A DNA stretch of 39,118 nucleotides from Chloroflexota bacterium (lineage in GTDB: Bacteria; Chloroflexota; Limnocylindria; P2-11E). Positions within the stretch are counted from its first letter, which is position 1; every line of letters begins with the position of its first letter. Under the pieces are notes generated by a model, which ran no database searches, was not told the origin of the DNA, and saw only the letters and a list, made by a program, of their open reading frames with translations. Of this stretch, positions 17,148-25,796 are shown piece after piece. Where the stretch lies: positions 1-39,118 of the forward strand of contig VBGS01000165.1 of assembly GCA_005889445.1 (NCBI GenBank), read 5' to 3'. The translations under genes and the position numbers were made by a program.

Positions 17148-19055
17148 TTGCCCAAAGCACGACCAAGGCGAATGCCGCCGCAGCGTGGACCGCGCCCGAA
17201 GGGGCGACGGCCGCAGCGGCGTGACCCGCAGCCGATCCCGGTCGCGGCGCCGGCCGTGGCGGTCGCGGAGCCGACCGGCGCGGTCGTCACGATTCCGAAA
17301 TCCATCGCCGTGGGCGAACTGGCACGCGCCATGGACGTGAGCGTCGTCGACGTCATCCGCAGCCTCGTGAATCTGGGGACGATGGCCTCGATCAACGAGA
17401 TCATCGACTTCGAGACCGCGACGCTGGTCGCGAACGAGCTCGGCGTCGAGGTCCGCCCCGAGGAAGAGGCGCCTGTCCTCACGGAAGAGGAGGCGCCCGC
17501 GACCGAAACGGTGGGGGCGAAGGAGATCCTCTGGACAGACGTCGATCCGGCCAAGCTCAAGGAGCGTCCGCCCGTCGTCACGGTCCTCGGCCATGTCGAC
17601 CACGGCAAGACGAGCCTGCTCGACGCGATCCGGTCGACCAACGTCACGTCGCGCGAAGCCGGCGGGATCACTCAGCACATCGGTGCATACCAGATCGAGC
17701 ACAACGGGCGGAAGGTGACGTTCCTCGACACGCCCGGTCACGAGGCGTTCACCGCGATGCGCGCGCGCGGTGCACAGGTCACCGACGTTGCCGTCCTCGT
17801 CGTCGCCGCGGACGACGGCGTTCAGCCGCAGACGATCGAGGCGATCTCGCACGCGAAGGCGGCGGGCGTCCCGATCGTCGTCGCGCTCAACAAGATCGAT
17901 CGGCCTGACTCCAACACGGATCAGGTGAAGGCGCAGCTCGCGGAGCACGGCGTCACGATCGAGGAGTACGGCGGCGACACCCCGCTCGTGCCGGTGTCCG
18001 CGAAGACCAAGCAGGGCATCGAGGATCTCGTCGAGACGGTGCTGCTCGTCGCGGACGTCGCCGAGCTCAAGGCCGACCCGGATCGTCCGGCGATCGGTCG
18101 CGTGATCGAGGCGCATCTCGACAAGGGCCGTGGCCCGGTCGCGACCGTCCTCGTCCAGACCGGAACGCTCGAGCGCGGCGACCTCGTCGTGGCCGGAACG
18201 ACGTTCGGCAAGGTCCGCGCGATGGTCGACGACAAGCTCAAGAACGTGGGACGCGCCGAGCCCTCGCGGCCGGTCGAGATCCTCGGGCTACCCGAGGTGC
18301 CCGAAGCCGGCGATGTCCTTCGCGTGGTACCGGACGAGAAGGCCGCACGGGCTCTCGTCGCGCAGAACGCGCGCGAGCGCGCGGCGGGCATGGCGGCAGA
18401 GCGACCCGCGACGCTCGACGAGATGTTCGCGCAGGTCAAGGAAGGCAGGGCCAAGGAGCTCAAGATCGTCTTGAAGGCCGACGTGCAGGGCTCGCTCGAG
18501 GCGATCAAGTCCGCGCTGGCCAAGATCCCTCAGGACGAAGTCACCCTCGCCGTCATTCACGACGCCGTTGGCGACATCACCGAGTCCGACCTCACGCTCG
18601 CCGCGGCGTCGGGCGCGGTCGTGGTCGGCTTCAACACGAAGATGGAGGCGCCGGCGCGGCGGGTCGCCGACTCGACCAAGGTCGACGTGCGTCAATACAA
18701 GGTGATCTACGAGCTCCTCGAGGACGTCCAGAAGGCGCTCACCGGCATGCTCGAGCCGGAAATGGTCGAGTCGACGCTCGGCCACGCAGAGGTCTTGCAG
18801 CTCTTCACCGCCGGGAAGACCACGATCGCTGGGTGTCGCGTCGCCGACGGCGTCATCCGCCGGGGCGCTCAGGCACGGGTGCTGCGCGGCGGCCAGACTG
18901 TCTACGACGGAAAGGTCGGGACGCTCCGCCGCATGAAGGACGACGTTCGCGAGGTGACGGTCGGCCTCGAGTGCGGGATCGTCCTCGAGAACTTCAACGA
19001 CGAGCAGGTCGGCGACGTCGTCGAGTGCTACGTCGTCCAGCCCAAGCCGCGCTAG
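17148..19055 (+). CDS. infB: Translation initiation factor IF-2
   Basis: The G domain has [20 protein letters not shown] and NKID, and C-terminal domains are present. The start is TTG 17148, or ATG 17172 preceded by AAGG. Confidence 0.93.
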   Translation: MPKARPRRMPPQRGPRPKGRRPQRRDPQPIPVAAPAVAVAEPTGAVVTIPKSIAVGELARAMDVSVVDVIRSLVNLGTMASINEIIDFETATLVANELGVEVRPEEEAPVLTEEEAPATETVGAKEILWTDVDPAKLKERPPVVTVLGHVDHGKTSLLDAIRSTNVTSREAGGITQHIGAYQIEHNGRKVTFLDTPGHEAFTAMRARGAQVTDVAVLVVAADDGVQPQTIEAISHAKAAGVPIVVALNKIDRPDSNTDQVKAQLAEHGVTIEEYGGDTPLVPVSAKTKQGIEDLVETVLLVADVAELKADPDRPAIGRVIEAHLDKGRGPVATVLVQTGTLERGDLVVAGTTFGKVRAMVDDKLKNVGRAEPSRPVEILGLPEVPEAGDVLRVVPDEKAARALVAQNARERAAGMAAERPATLDEMFAQVKEGRAKELKIVLKADVQGSLEAIKSALAKIPQDEVTLAVIHDAVGDITESDLTLAAASGAVVVGFNTKMEAPARRVADSTKVDVRQYKVIYELLEDVQKALTGMLEPEMVESTLGHAEVLQLFTAGKTTIAGCRVADGVIRRGAQARVLRGGQTVYDGKVGTLRRMKDDVREVTVGLECGIVLENFNDEQVGDVVECYVVQPKPR

Positions 19056-19072
19056 CAACGAGGGAGACTGCC

Positions 19073-19426
19073 ATGGCGTACAAGCGCGCGGACCGCGTGA
19101 ATGCGCTGCTGCAGCGCGAGCTCGGCACCCTCATCAGCGAGGAGCTCAGCGACCCACGGATCGCGTTCACGACCGTGACGTCCGTCGAGGTCACCGATGA
19201 CCTGCGGAGCGCCCGTGTTCACGTCAGCGTCCTCGGCGACGATGAGGCCGTAAAGAAGACCATGACCGGTCTCGAGGACGCCAAGAAGTTCCTGCGGCAC
19301 CAGATCGGCTCGCGGACCGATCTGCGCTTCGTGCCGGAGATCACCTTCGTGGTCGACCGCTCGGCCGAGCGCGCGGTGCGCATCGCCGGGCTGTTGCGCG
19401 AAGCGCGCGAGCGTGAGGGCCGATGA
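19073..19426 (+). CDS. rbfA: Ribosome-binding factor A
   Basis: The sequence MAYKRADRVNALLQRELGTLI...VTSVEVTDDLRSARVHVSV is a typical RbfA KH fold. An SD (GAGGGAG) lies upstream. Confidence 0.9.
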   Translation: MAYKRADRVNALLQRELGTLISEELSDPRIAFTTVTSVEVTDDLRSARVHVSVLGDDEAVKKTMTGLEDAKKFLRHQIGSRTDLRFVPEITFVVDRSAERAVRIAGLLREAREREGR

Positions 19427-20400
19427 ACGAGGTCCTGACGGCCCTCCGAGCCGCGCGCCGTATCGCGATCGTCTCGCACCGCGATCCAGACCCGGACACG
19501 ATCGGATCCGCGCTCGCGCTCGGGCTGGGTCTGGAGTCGATCGGAAAGGCCGTCTCGTGGCACTGCGCCGATCCCGTCCCGGAACCGCAGCGGTTCCTGC
19601 ACGGCACCGATCGCATCACCCAGGATCCTCCGCCCGAGGACGTGGATCTCGTCGTGACTGTGGACTTCGGCTCGGTGGACCGGGCGAAATTCGCGCTGCC
19701 GACCCGTCCGCCGATCGCCAACATCGATCACCACGCGTCGAACGACCGCTTTGGCGTCGCCAACTTCGTGGACGCAACGAGCGCCGCGAGCGCTGAGCTG
19801 GCCGCGCGGGTCATCGACGCGCTTGGCATTGCGTGGACGCCCGACATGGCCACCGCGGCCCTGGTCGGGATCATGACCGACACGGGCTCCTTCCAGTTCC
19901 CGAGCACCGACGCCCGCGTCCTCGAGCGCGCCGCCCAGCTGCGGTCCGCGGGCGCCGACCTGCAGGCGATCACCTACAACATCTTCCGGAACAAGCGCTT
20001 CGAGGCCATCAAGCTGTGGGGCTTCGCGTTCGCGAGGCTCGCGCGCGAGCGCGAGGGGCGCCTCGTCTGGACCGAGCTCCGCGGGGCCGATCTGGCCGAT
20101 GCCGGCGCGCGCGACGAGGACATCTCCGGGCTCGTCGAGCAGATCGCTCGCTCCGGCGGGATGCGCGTCGCGCTGCTCTTCAACGAGCAGTCGGACACGG
20201 TCAAGGTCTCTTGCCGGACATCGCAGTGGGAGCCGTCGGTGGATGCGGCGGCCCTGATGGCACGCTTTGGCGGGGGTGGGCATGTTCGCGCTGCCGGGGC
20301 GCTCGTCCCTGGTTCGCTCGCGGACGTGCGCGAGCGCGTGCTCGACGCGGCCCGCACCGCGCTGGATACAGCGACCGCGCGCGCAGCCGTCACCGTCTGA
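19423..20400 (+). CDS. nrnA: DHH/DHHA1 phosphoesterase (NrnA-like oligoribonuclease/pAp phosphatase)
   Basis: It has the motifs DPDTIGS, DHH (NIDHHASN) and GGGH (FGGGGHVRAAG). The start ATG overlaps the rbfA stop (ATGA). Confidence 0.8.
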   Translation: MNEVLTALRAARRIAIVSHRDPDPDTIGSALALGLGLESIGKAVSWHCADPVPEPQRFLHGTDRITQDPPPEDVDLVVTVDFGSVDRAKFALPTRPPIANIDHHASNDRFGVANFVDATSAASAELAARVIDALGIAWTPDMATAALVGIMTDTGSFQFPSTDARVLERAAQLRSAGADLQAITYNIFRNKRFEAIKLWGFAFARLAREREGRLVWTELRGADLADAGARDEDISGLVEQIARSGGMRVALLFNEQSDTVKVSCRTSQWEPSVDAAALMARFGGGGHVRAAGALVPGSLADVRERVLDAARTALDTATARAAVTV

Positions 20401-21170
20401 ACGCACCGACCACCCCATCCGGGATCCTCGCGATCGACAAGCCCGAAGGCTGGACGTCACACGATGTCGTCGCGCTCGTACGCGGTGTGCTCGGCGTGCG
20501 CCGGGTCGGGCACGGCGGCACGCTCGATCCATTCGCCACAGGGGTGTTGCCGCTGCTCGTCGGCGCCGCGACGAAATTCGAACGACGGATGCACGAGGCG
20601 GCGAAGGCCTATGACGCGGTCATTCGCCTTGGGCGCGAGACGGCCACCGACGACCGCGAGGGAGCGACCACGCGCGAAGCGCCGGTCCCGCGGCTCGACG
20701 AGGCCACGCTTGAAACGGCGCTCGCGACGTTACGCGGTGTCATCGAACAGATCCCTCCCGCGTACTCGGCGGTGAAGGTGGAAGGTCGGAGGGCGTACGC
20801 ACGGGCGCGAGCTGGCGAATCCGTGGAGCTGGCGGCGCGGCGCGTGCAGGTCTACCGCCTCGACGTGTTCGACAGGAAGGCGGAGGATCTGCGGGTCCTC
20901 GTCGTGTGTTCCTCGGGAACCTACGTTCGCGCGATCGCGCGTGACCTCGGCCGGGCGCTCGGCTCGGCCGCGCACCTCGCGACGCTGCGGCGCCTCGCGG
21001 TCGGCGCGCTCGACGCCTCCGACGCACTCACGCCGACCGCCGTCCGATCTCTCGGCCGCGACGGAGCGCTTGCGGCACTTCGTCCTGCGGACGACGCGAT
21101 CCTCGAGTTGCCCCGGCGCTTCCTCGAGGCGCCCGCTGCTACGATCGTTTTCTCCGGGGAGTCGGCCTGA
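20397..21170 (+). CDS. truB: tRNA pseudouridine-55 synthase TruB (apparent CTG start; C-terminal PUA region short)
   Basis: It reads GILAIDKPEGWTSHDVV...GHGGTLDPFATGVL...SSGTYVRAIARDLG. There is no ATG/GTG/TTG in frame between 20298 and the conserved N-terminus. CTG 20397 overlaps the nrnA stop (CTGA). Confidence 0.85.
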   Translation: MNAPTTPSGILAIDKPEGWTSHDVVALVRGVLGVRRVGHGGTLDPFATGVLPLLVGAATKFERRMHEAAKAYDAVIRLGRETATDDREGATTREAPVPRLDEATLETALATLRGVIEQIPPAYSAVKVEGRRAYARARAGESVELAARRVQVYRLDVFDRKAEDLRVLVVCSSGTYVRAIARDLGRALGSAAHLATLRRLAVGALDASDALTPTAVRSLGRDGALAALRPADDAILELPRRFLEAPAATIVFSGESA

Positions 21171-22648
21171 TGATCGCGAAGGCGCTCGAGCGCTCTCTCA
21201 AGTGGTCTTTGGAAGCCTGGCGTGGCCTCGCCCTCGACGCGAAGGTCGTCGCGGCATTCGGCATCGGGAACTGGCTCCTGCTCTTCGCAAACCACACCAC
21301 GGTCGCGGCGACGAGAGACGTGCCGCTCTGGGCGCTGTTCCCAGCGGGCTGGGACATCGTGTTCCTCGTCCTCTGCGGTGCGCTGGCGTTCACCTATCCG
21401 CTGCGCGACCTTCGCTCGGGTCCGGCATTTGGCACGCGCGCCCGTCTCGCGCATCTGGCCGCGATCGTGGCGGTCTTCGTGGTCCTGCCGACCATCGCGT
21501 CGATCGTTCTGCGGGAGACCGGAAAGCCGTACACCTTCATCCACGACGGAGCGCTCATGGTCGAGGAGGCGGCGCGGAAATTCCTTCACGGGATGAACCC
21601 GTACGTCGCGGACTACCTCGACACGCCGATGTTCTACTGGCCGATGATCAACAACCCCGCGCTGTATCACTTGACGTACTTCCCATTCATGTTCGTCGTG
21701 GCCGCGCCCTTCGTGTGGGTGTTCGACCATCTCGGAGTCGCCTGGGACCAGCGGTACCTCTACCTCCCCGCGTTCCTCGCGACGCTCGCGCTCGTGCCCT
21801 TCCTGGTCCAGGGGGCATCGCGGCGTCTCGCGATGACCGCTGCCCTTGCGCTCAACCCGCAGCTCTTCCCGTTCGTCGTCGAAGGCAGAAACGACTTCTT
21901 CGTGCTGTTCTTTCTGCTCGCCGGCGTCGCGCTGCTCATGCGCGAGCGGCGCAGCCTCTCCTCGCTCGCGTTCGCCGCGGCTGGCGCCGCGAAGCTGCAC
22001 GCGATCGTGCTCCTGCCGTTCGTCACGCTCTATCTGGTCGCGACTCGTCGGCCCCGGACTGCCGCCGACGTCGCTCGCGCGCTCCTGCCGACCTGGCCGG
22101 GAGCGCTCTTTCTTCTGGTGAGCTTCGTCCCGTTCCTGGTCAACGACTTCGGAGCCTTTTACGACGATGTCGTGCGCTACAACGCCGGTGGCGCCGCGTG
22201 GACCTACCCGATCTCGGGCATGGGGTTCTCGGCGCTGCTGCTCGCAATCGGCGTCATCCCGTACCGGCAGGCCGACTTCCCGTTCGCGGCGATAGAGATC
22301 GCGGTCGCGACCCCGATCGCGATCTGGTGGTTGGTCCGGCTCTGGCGCAGCCCGACGATCCCAACGATGCTCGCGGGCTACGCGCTGACGCTGCTCGCGT
22401 TCCTCTTTTTCGGGCGGTACTTCCAGGGGAACTACCTCGGCTTCATCGCCGCCGTCTTCACACCGGTGCCGTTCCTGGCCTTCTCGCCGCGGCGGCGCGC
22501 CCGCCGCGTCCCGCGAGCCCGCGTCGCCCTTCGACCCGAACCCCCGAGCATGCCGTCGCCGCTTCCATCGCCGTCGCCGGCGCCGCTCCCGGTCGCGCTG
22601 GATATCGGCGCCGAACCCTCGCCAGCCGGGGTCGCCTCGGCCGATTAA
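21170..22648 (+). CDS. Polytopic membrane protein, GT-C-fold glycosyltransferase-like (DUF2029/GT87-like)
   Basis: It has more than ten predicted hydrophobic helices, a loop (HDGALMVEEAARKFLHGMNPY) after the first helices, and a Pro/Ser-rich tail. Only the family is inferred, not the function. Confidence 0.6.
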   Translation: MIAKALERSLKWSLEAWRGLALDAKVVAAFGIGNWLLLFANHTTVAATRDVPLWALFPAGWDIVFLVLCGALAFTYPLRDLRSGPAFGTRARLAHLAAIVAVFVVLPTIASIVLRETGKPYTFIHDGALMVEEAARKFLHGMNPYVADYLDTPMFYWPMINNPALYHLTYFPFMFVVAAPFVWVFDHLGVAWDQRYLYLPAFLATLALVPFLVQGASRRLAMTAALALNPQLFPFVVEGRNDFFVLFFLLAGVALLMRERRSLSSLAFAAAGAAKLHAIVLLPFVTLYLVATRRPRTAADVARALLPTWPGALFLLVSFVPFLVNDFGAFYDDVVRYNAGGAAWTYPISGMGFSALLLAIGVIPYRQADFPFAAIEIAVATPIAIWWLVRLWRSPTIPTMLAGYALTLLAFLFFGRYFQGNYLGFIAAVFTPVPFLAFSPRRRARRVPRARVALRPEPPSMPSPLPSPSPAPLPVALDIGAEPSPAGVASAD

Positions 22649-23472
22649 CCTCGGGCTATCGAAGCGCTACACGACTTCTCGGGATGGCCACGTGGACCGA
22701 TCCACCTCGCCATCGGGGTGTTCGACGGCGTCCACATCGGTCACCAGGCGCTCGTTCGTGAGCTGAAGGCGTCGGCCGAGCTCGCCGGCGCATCGGCGCT
22801 CGCAGCGACGTTCGATCCGCTCCCCATACAGGTGCTCGCGCCAGGCGCGCCGGCATCGGCGCTCTCGGACGTCGCGGACCGCGTGCGGCGTCTGCGCGCC
22901 GCCGGCGCGGACGCGGTCGTGGTCTTCCACTTCGACGAGCGATTCGCGAAGCTTGGCGCCGACGAATTCATCGACCGCATGCGCGCCGCAGGCGACGTGC
23001 GACGGATCCTCGTCGGCCCGGACTTCCATTTCGGGAATCGCGCCGAAGGGGACGTCGACAAGCTTCGCGATCGCGGGCAACACGAAGGCTTCGTCTGCGA
23101 CGTGATGCCCCCGGTCCGCCTGGACGGCGAGGTCGTGAGCTCAACTCGCATCCGCAACCTGCTCCTCGCGGGCGACGTCGAGACAGCCGCACGGCTGCTC
23201 GGCCGGCCTTACGCGGTGCGCGGACGGGTCGTGCACGGAGCGAAGCGCGGCCGGGCGCTGGGGTGGCCGACGATCAACCTCGCCGGCCGACGTTTGGCGG
23301 CGGCGAACGCGTCCTCGAAGCCTTCCTGCTCGACTTCTCGGGCGAGGTCTACGGAGAAGAGGTCGAGGTCGCCTTCGTGCGGCGCCTGCGTGACGAGATC
23401 GCCTTCGCGAGCGCAGCTGAGCTATCGGCCCAGATCGCACGCGACGTCGAAGACACGAAGCGCGTGCTCTGA
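22649..23472 (+). pseudogene. ribF: Bifunctional riboflavin kinase/FMN adenylyltransferase RibF, disrupted
   Basis: The FAD-synthetase part is intact (LAIGVFDGVHIGHQAL ... SSTRIR). The kinase domain goes GRVVHGAKRGRALGWPTINL and then shifts frame at about 23279-23290. It continues RPTFGGGERVLEAFLLDFSGEVYG...AQIARDVEDTKRVL to the stop at 23472. About 30 residues between these motifs are absent, and there is no canonical start upstream of GTG 22718. Confidence 0.75.
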
Positions 23473-23491
23473 TCCGGAAAGTAGGGGAACG

Positions 23492-24478
23492 ATGAGCACG
23501 GTCGTGACGCCGAGCTACCAGGCTGTGCTGGGATGGGAGCGTATCCCGGCAGGATACACGCATCCGGACGTGGCAGCAGTCGCCGTCGACTCCAGAGATC
23601 GCGTGTTTCTCTTCTGCCGCTCAACCCATCCGGTGATGATCTACGAGCGAGACGGACGCTTCGTCGGAACGTGGGGCGAGGGCGGGGTCTTCACGATGCG
23701 GACGCACGGCATCACGATCGGTCCGGACGACTCCGTCTACTGCGTGGACGACGCCGGGCATTCGGTCCGGAAGTTCACACCGGACGGCAAGCTCCTGCTG
23801 CAGGTCGGTCCAGCTGGGACTCCATCAGACACCGGGTACGACGGGGCGAACGTGATCACGATCGCGCGAGGAGCCGGGCCCTTCAACCGGCCGACGAACC
23901 TCGCGGTCGCACCGAACGGCGATCTCTACGTCTCCGACGGTTACGGGAACGCACGCGTCCATCGCTTCTCGCCCGAAGGTGAGCTGATCGCCTCATGGGG
24001 CGAGCCGGGGACCGGCCCGGGGCAGTTCATGCTGCCGCACGGCATCGCCGTGTCGGCGGACGGGCGCGTCTACGTCTGCGACCGCGAGAGCGACCGCATC
24101 CAGATCTTCGATCTCGAAGGGGGCTTTGTGGGCGAGATCACCGACGTTCAGCGCCCGACGCAGATCGTTCTCGCCGGCGGCCGCATCTACGTCGCCGAGC
24201 TCGTCTGGCGCGTCGGGCAGCGCTCGTTCCGGCGCGGTCCGATCGAGCGCGAGCAGGCCGCGCGCGTGTCGGTCCTCGATGGCGCCGGACGCGTGCTCGC
24301 CCGCATCGGCGGTCCCGATCCGTGCGCACCGGGCAGCTTCTGCGCACCGCACGGTCTCGCCGTGGACGCGCACGGGGACCTCTACGTCGCCGAGGTGACG
24401 AAGACCATCGGCGTCGGGCCAGGGCTCGTCCCCGCCGACTGCCACACGTTCCAGAAGCTCGCGCTCGTCGCAGGCTAG
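23492..24478 (+). CDS. NHL-repeat six-bladed beta-propeller protein (peptidyl-alpha-hydroxyglycine amidating lyase-like)
   Basis: It has repeated NHL units (GPGQFMLPHGIAVSADGRVYVCD, FCAPHGLAVDAHGDLYVAE). DGYGNARVHRF resembles the PAL DGYCNSR motif. The ATG at 23492 is in the same frame as the ribF 5' part, which creates a false 586-aa ORF. Confidence 0.8.
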   Translation: MSTVVTPSYQAVLGWERIPAGYTHPDVAAVAVDSRDRVFLFCRSTHPVMIYERDGRFVGTWGEGGVFTMRTHGITIGPDDSVYCVDDAGHSVRKFTPDGKLLLQVGPAGTPSDTGYDGANVITIARGAGPFNRPTNLAVAPNGDLYVSDGYGNARVHRFSPEGELIASWGEPGTGPGQFMLPHGIAVSADGRVYVCDRESDRIQIFDLEGGFVGEITDVQRPTQIVLAGGRIYVAELVWRVGQRSFRRGPIEREQAARVSVLDGAGRVLARIGGPDPCAPGSFCAPHGLAVDAHGDLYVAEVTKTIGVGPGLVPADCHTFQKLALVAG

Positions 24479-24489
24479 TTCGGTCCCGC

Positions 24490-24708
24490 TTGGACGCCTG
24501 TCGGTTCTGCGAGATCGTGTTCGGAACTCGGCCGGCCCATATGGTCGACGAGACGGATCAGGTCGCGGCATTCATGGACCAGTACCGGCAGCCGTCCGAT
24601 CCGGGCCATGTCCTGGTGATCCCGCGAGCGCACGTCGAGAACATTTACGGCGTGGGTGACTCGCTTGGCGGACACCTCTTCTCAGCCCACGCCCGCATCG
24701 CCAGGTAG
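24490..24708 (+). pseudogene. HIT-family hydrolase, N-terminal fragment (histidine triad missing)
   Basis: CRFCEIV...AFMD...PGHVLVIPRAHVENI...HLFSAHARIA matches the first ~70 residues of HIT proteins. The ORF stops before the HxHxHxx motif. Confidence 0.6.
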
Positions 24709-24782
24709 CCGCGCGTCAGTAACAGCTGCGCGATCGCGCGCCGCGTCGCGAAATCGTCATCGATGACCAGGGCAACTCTCAT
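24645..24782 (-). pseudogene. Response-regulator receiver domain, N-terminal fragment
   Basis: ATG 24782 is followed by MRVALVIDDDFATRRAIAQLLLTRGY, a classic REC beta1-alpha1. The sequence then turns non-homologous and stops after 45 codons, running into the HIT fragment. Confidence 0.5.
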
Positions 24783-24812
24783 GCCCGCGCACATGCACCC
24801 GCGGTGCCAGCG

Positions 24813-25741
24813 CTAGCGCCTGCCCGCCTCCAGATAGCGACGTACCGCGGGGACGCCGGCCTCCCACTGGACGGATTCCCACGCGTACCGGAACCCGAGG
24901 CGGTCATTGATCGCGAGCATCGGCTCGTTCACGCTCGCATTGCCTGTTCGAACGAGGGAGTGCGCGGGTCGTAGACGACTTCGGTGTAGCCGGCGGTTTC
25001 GCCGGTGCGGTCATCGATCGCGAGCAAGAGTCGCCGAAGTCGTCGAGCCGCGCTCCGTGATCGGTCGAACTCGCGGACATGCTCGACCGTCACGTGCCAA
25101 TCCTCCAGCGCGGATGTCCCGCGCGGTGCGGTGTTCATGGCCTCGTACGCCGTGATCACATTGGCGACGTATCGGTCCGGGACGTCGCCATCGATCCATG
25201 CGAGGTGGTAACCGGCAGGATCGAGACGGGCCCACTCGCGCGTCAGACCGCGGTCCAGGTCCGCGAGCACGAGCTGGCTGAACCGTGCGCGGAGTGTCTC
25301 GCCCGCGCCAAGGCGGCGAACGAACGCCTCCCCTGCGGGGACCCGGGCGTTGGTGAAGAAGCTGAGGACGAGGTCATCGCGATCGAACGAGCGCACCATC
25401 TCCTCGAGGAAACGCCGTGCGATCCCCTGGCGACGATGATCGGGAAGCACGCTCAATCCGACCTCACGGAAGCGCTGGTTCGTGTCGCCCGTGAACGCGA
25501 TGAGCGATCCGGTCGCGACGATGTCGCCGGTGCCCAAGCGAGCCAGCCACTCGACGAACTCCATCATGTTCGGCCGCGAGCGGAGCCGGTCGATCACGAT
25601 CTGGGGGTCCGGAACCGGATCCTCCGGGACGCGCTCCTGACCGAGGGTGTTGTACAGATCGGCGATCTGCCGGACATCCTTCTCGCTGAGCGCGCCGAGG
25701 TCGAACCGCTCGATGACGTAAGTGCCCACCGCCGTCGCCAC
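24813..25741 (-). pseudogene. Two-domain GNAT N-acetyltransferase with disrupted second domain
   Basis: The first domain is intact (VLPDHRRQGIARRFL). The main ORF stops at 24929 right after GYTEVVYDPRTP. The C-terminal GNAT signature SLVRTGNASVNEPMLAINDRLGFRYAW continues in another frame to the stop at 24813. The second domain's motif A (about 45-50 residues) is absent. Confidence 0.7.
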
Positions 25742-25770
25742 GACGATCGACTATGACACGACGCCCGAAA

Positions 25771-25791
25771 TGCCGAACCGCTAAATTCGGC
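25771..25791. promoter_or_regulatory. Perfect 7-bp inverted repeat TGCCGAA-N7-TTCGGCA in the GNAT/LLM divergent intergenic region
   Basis: Read directly from the sequence. It ends 6 nt upstream of the LLM GTG start (25797). It is a candidate operator or a 5' hairpin. Confidence 0.3.
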
Positions 25792-25796
25792 ACACA

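Noticed and set aside
23262-23292. A direct repeat GGCCGACG flanking the ribF junction, considered as a slipped-strand deletion signature.
   Set aside because: Both copies simply encode the conserved G-x-P-T and R-P-T motifs. A repeat-mediated deletion would leave one copy, not two.
22718-24478. A 586-aa ORF that looks like a RibF-NHL fusion protein.
   Set aside because: The real RibF C-terminus is in another frame and ends at 23472. The NHL protein has its own ATG at 23492. The read-through segment (AANASSKPSCSTSRARSTEKRS...) is low-complexity nonsense.
24709-24815. An in-frame continuation of the HIT ORF after its TAG. It contains AHMHPR at roughly the spacing expected for the histidine triad, suggesting stop-codon read-through.
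   Set aside because: The intervening sequence lacks the N-x-G...GQ-x-V core. It is instead the antisense of a textbook receiver-domain N-terminus. Only two His are present, so the spacing match is probably coincidental.
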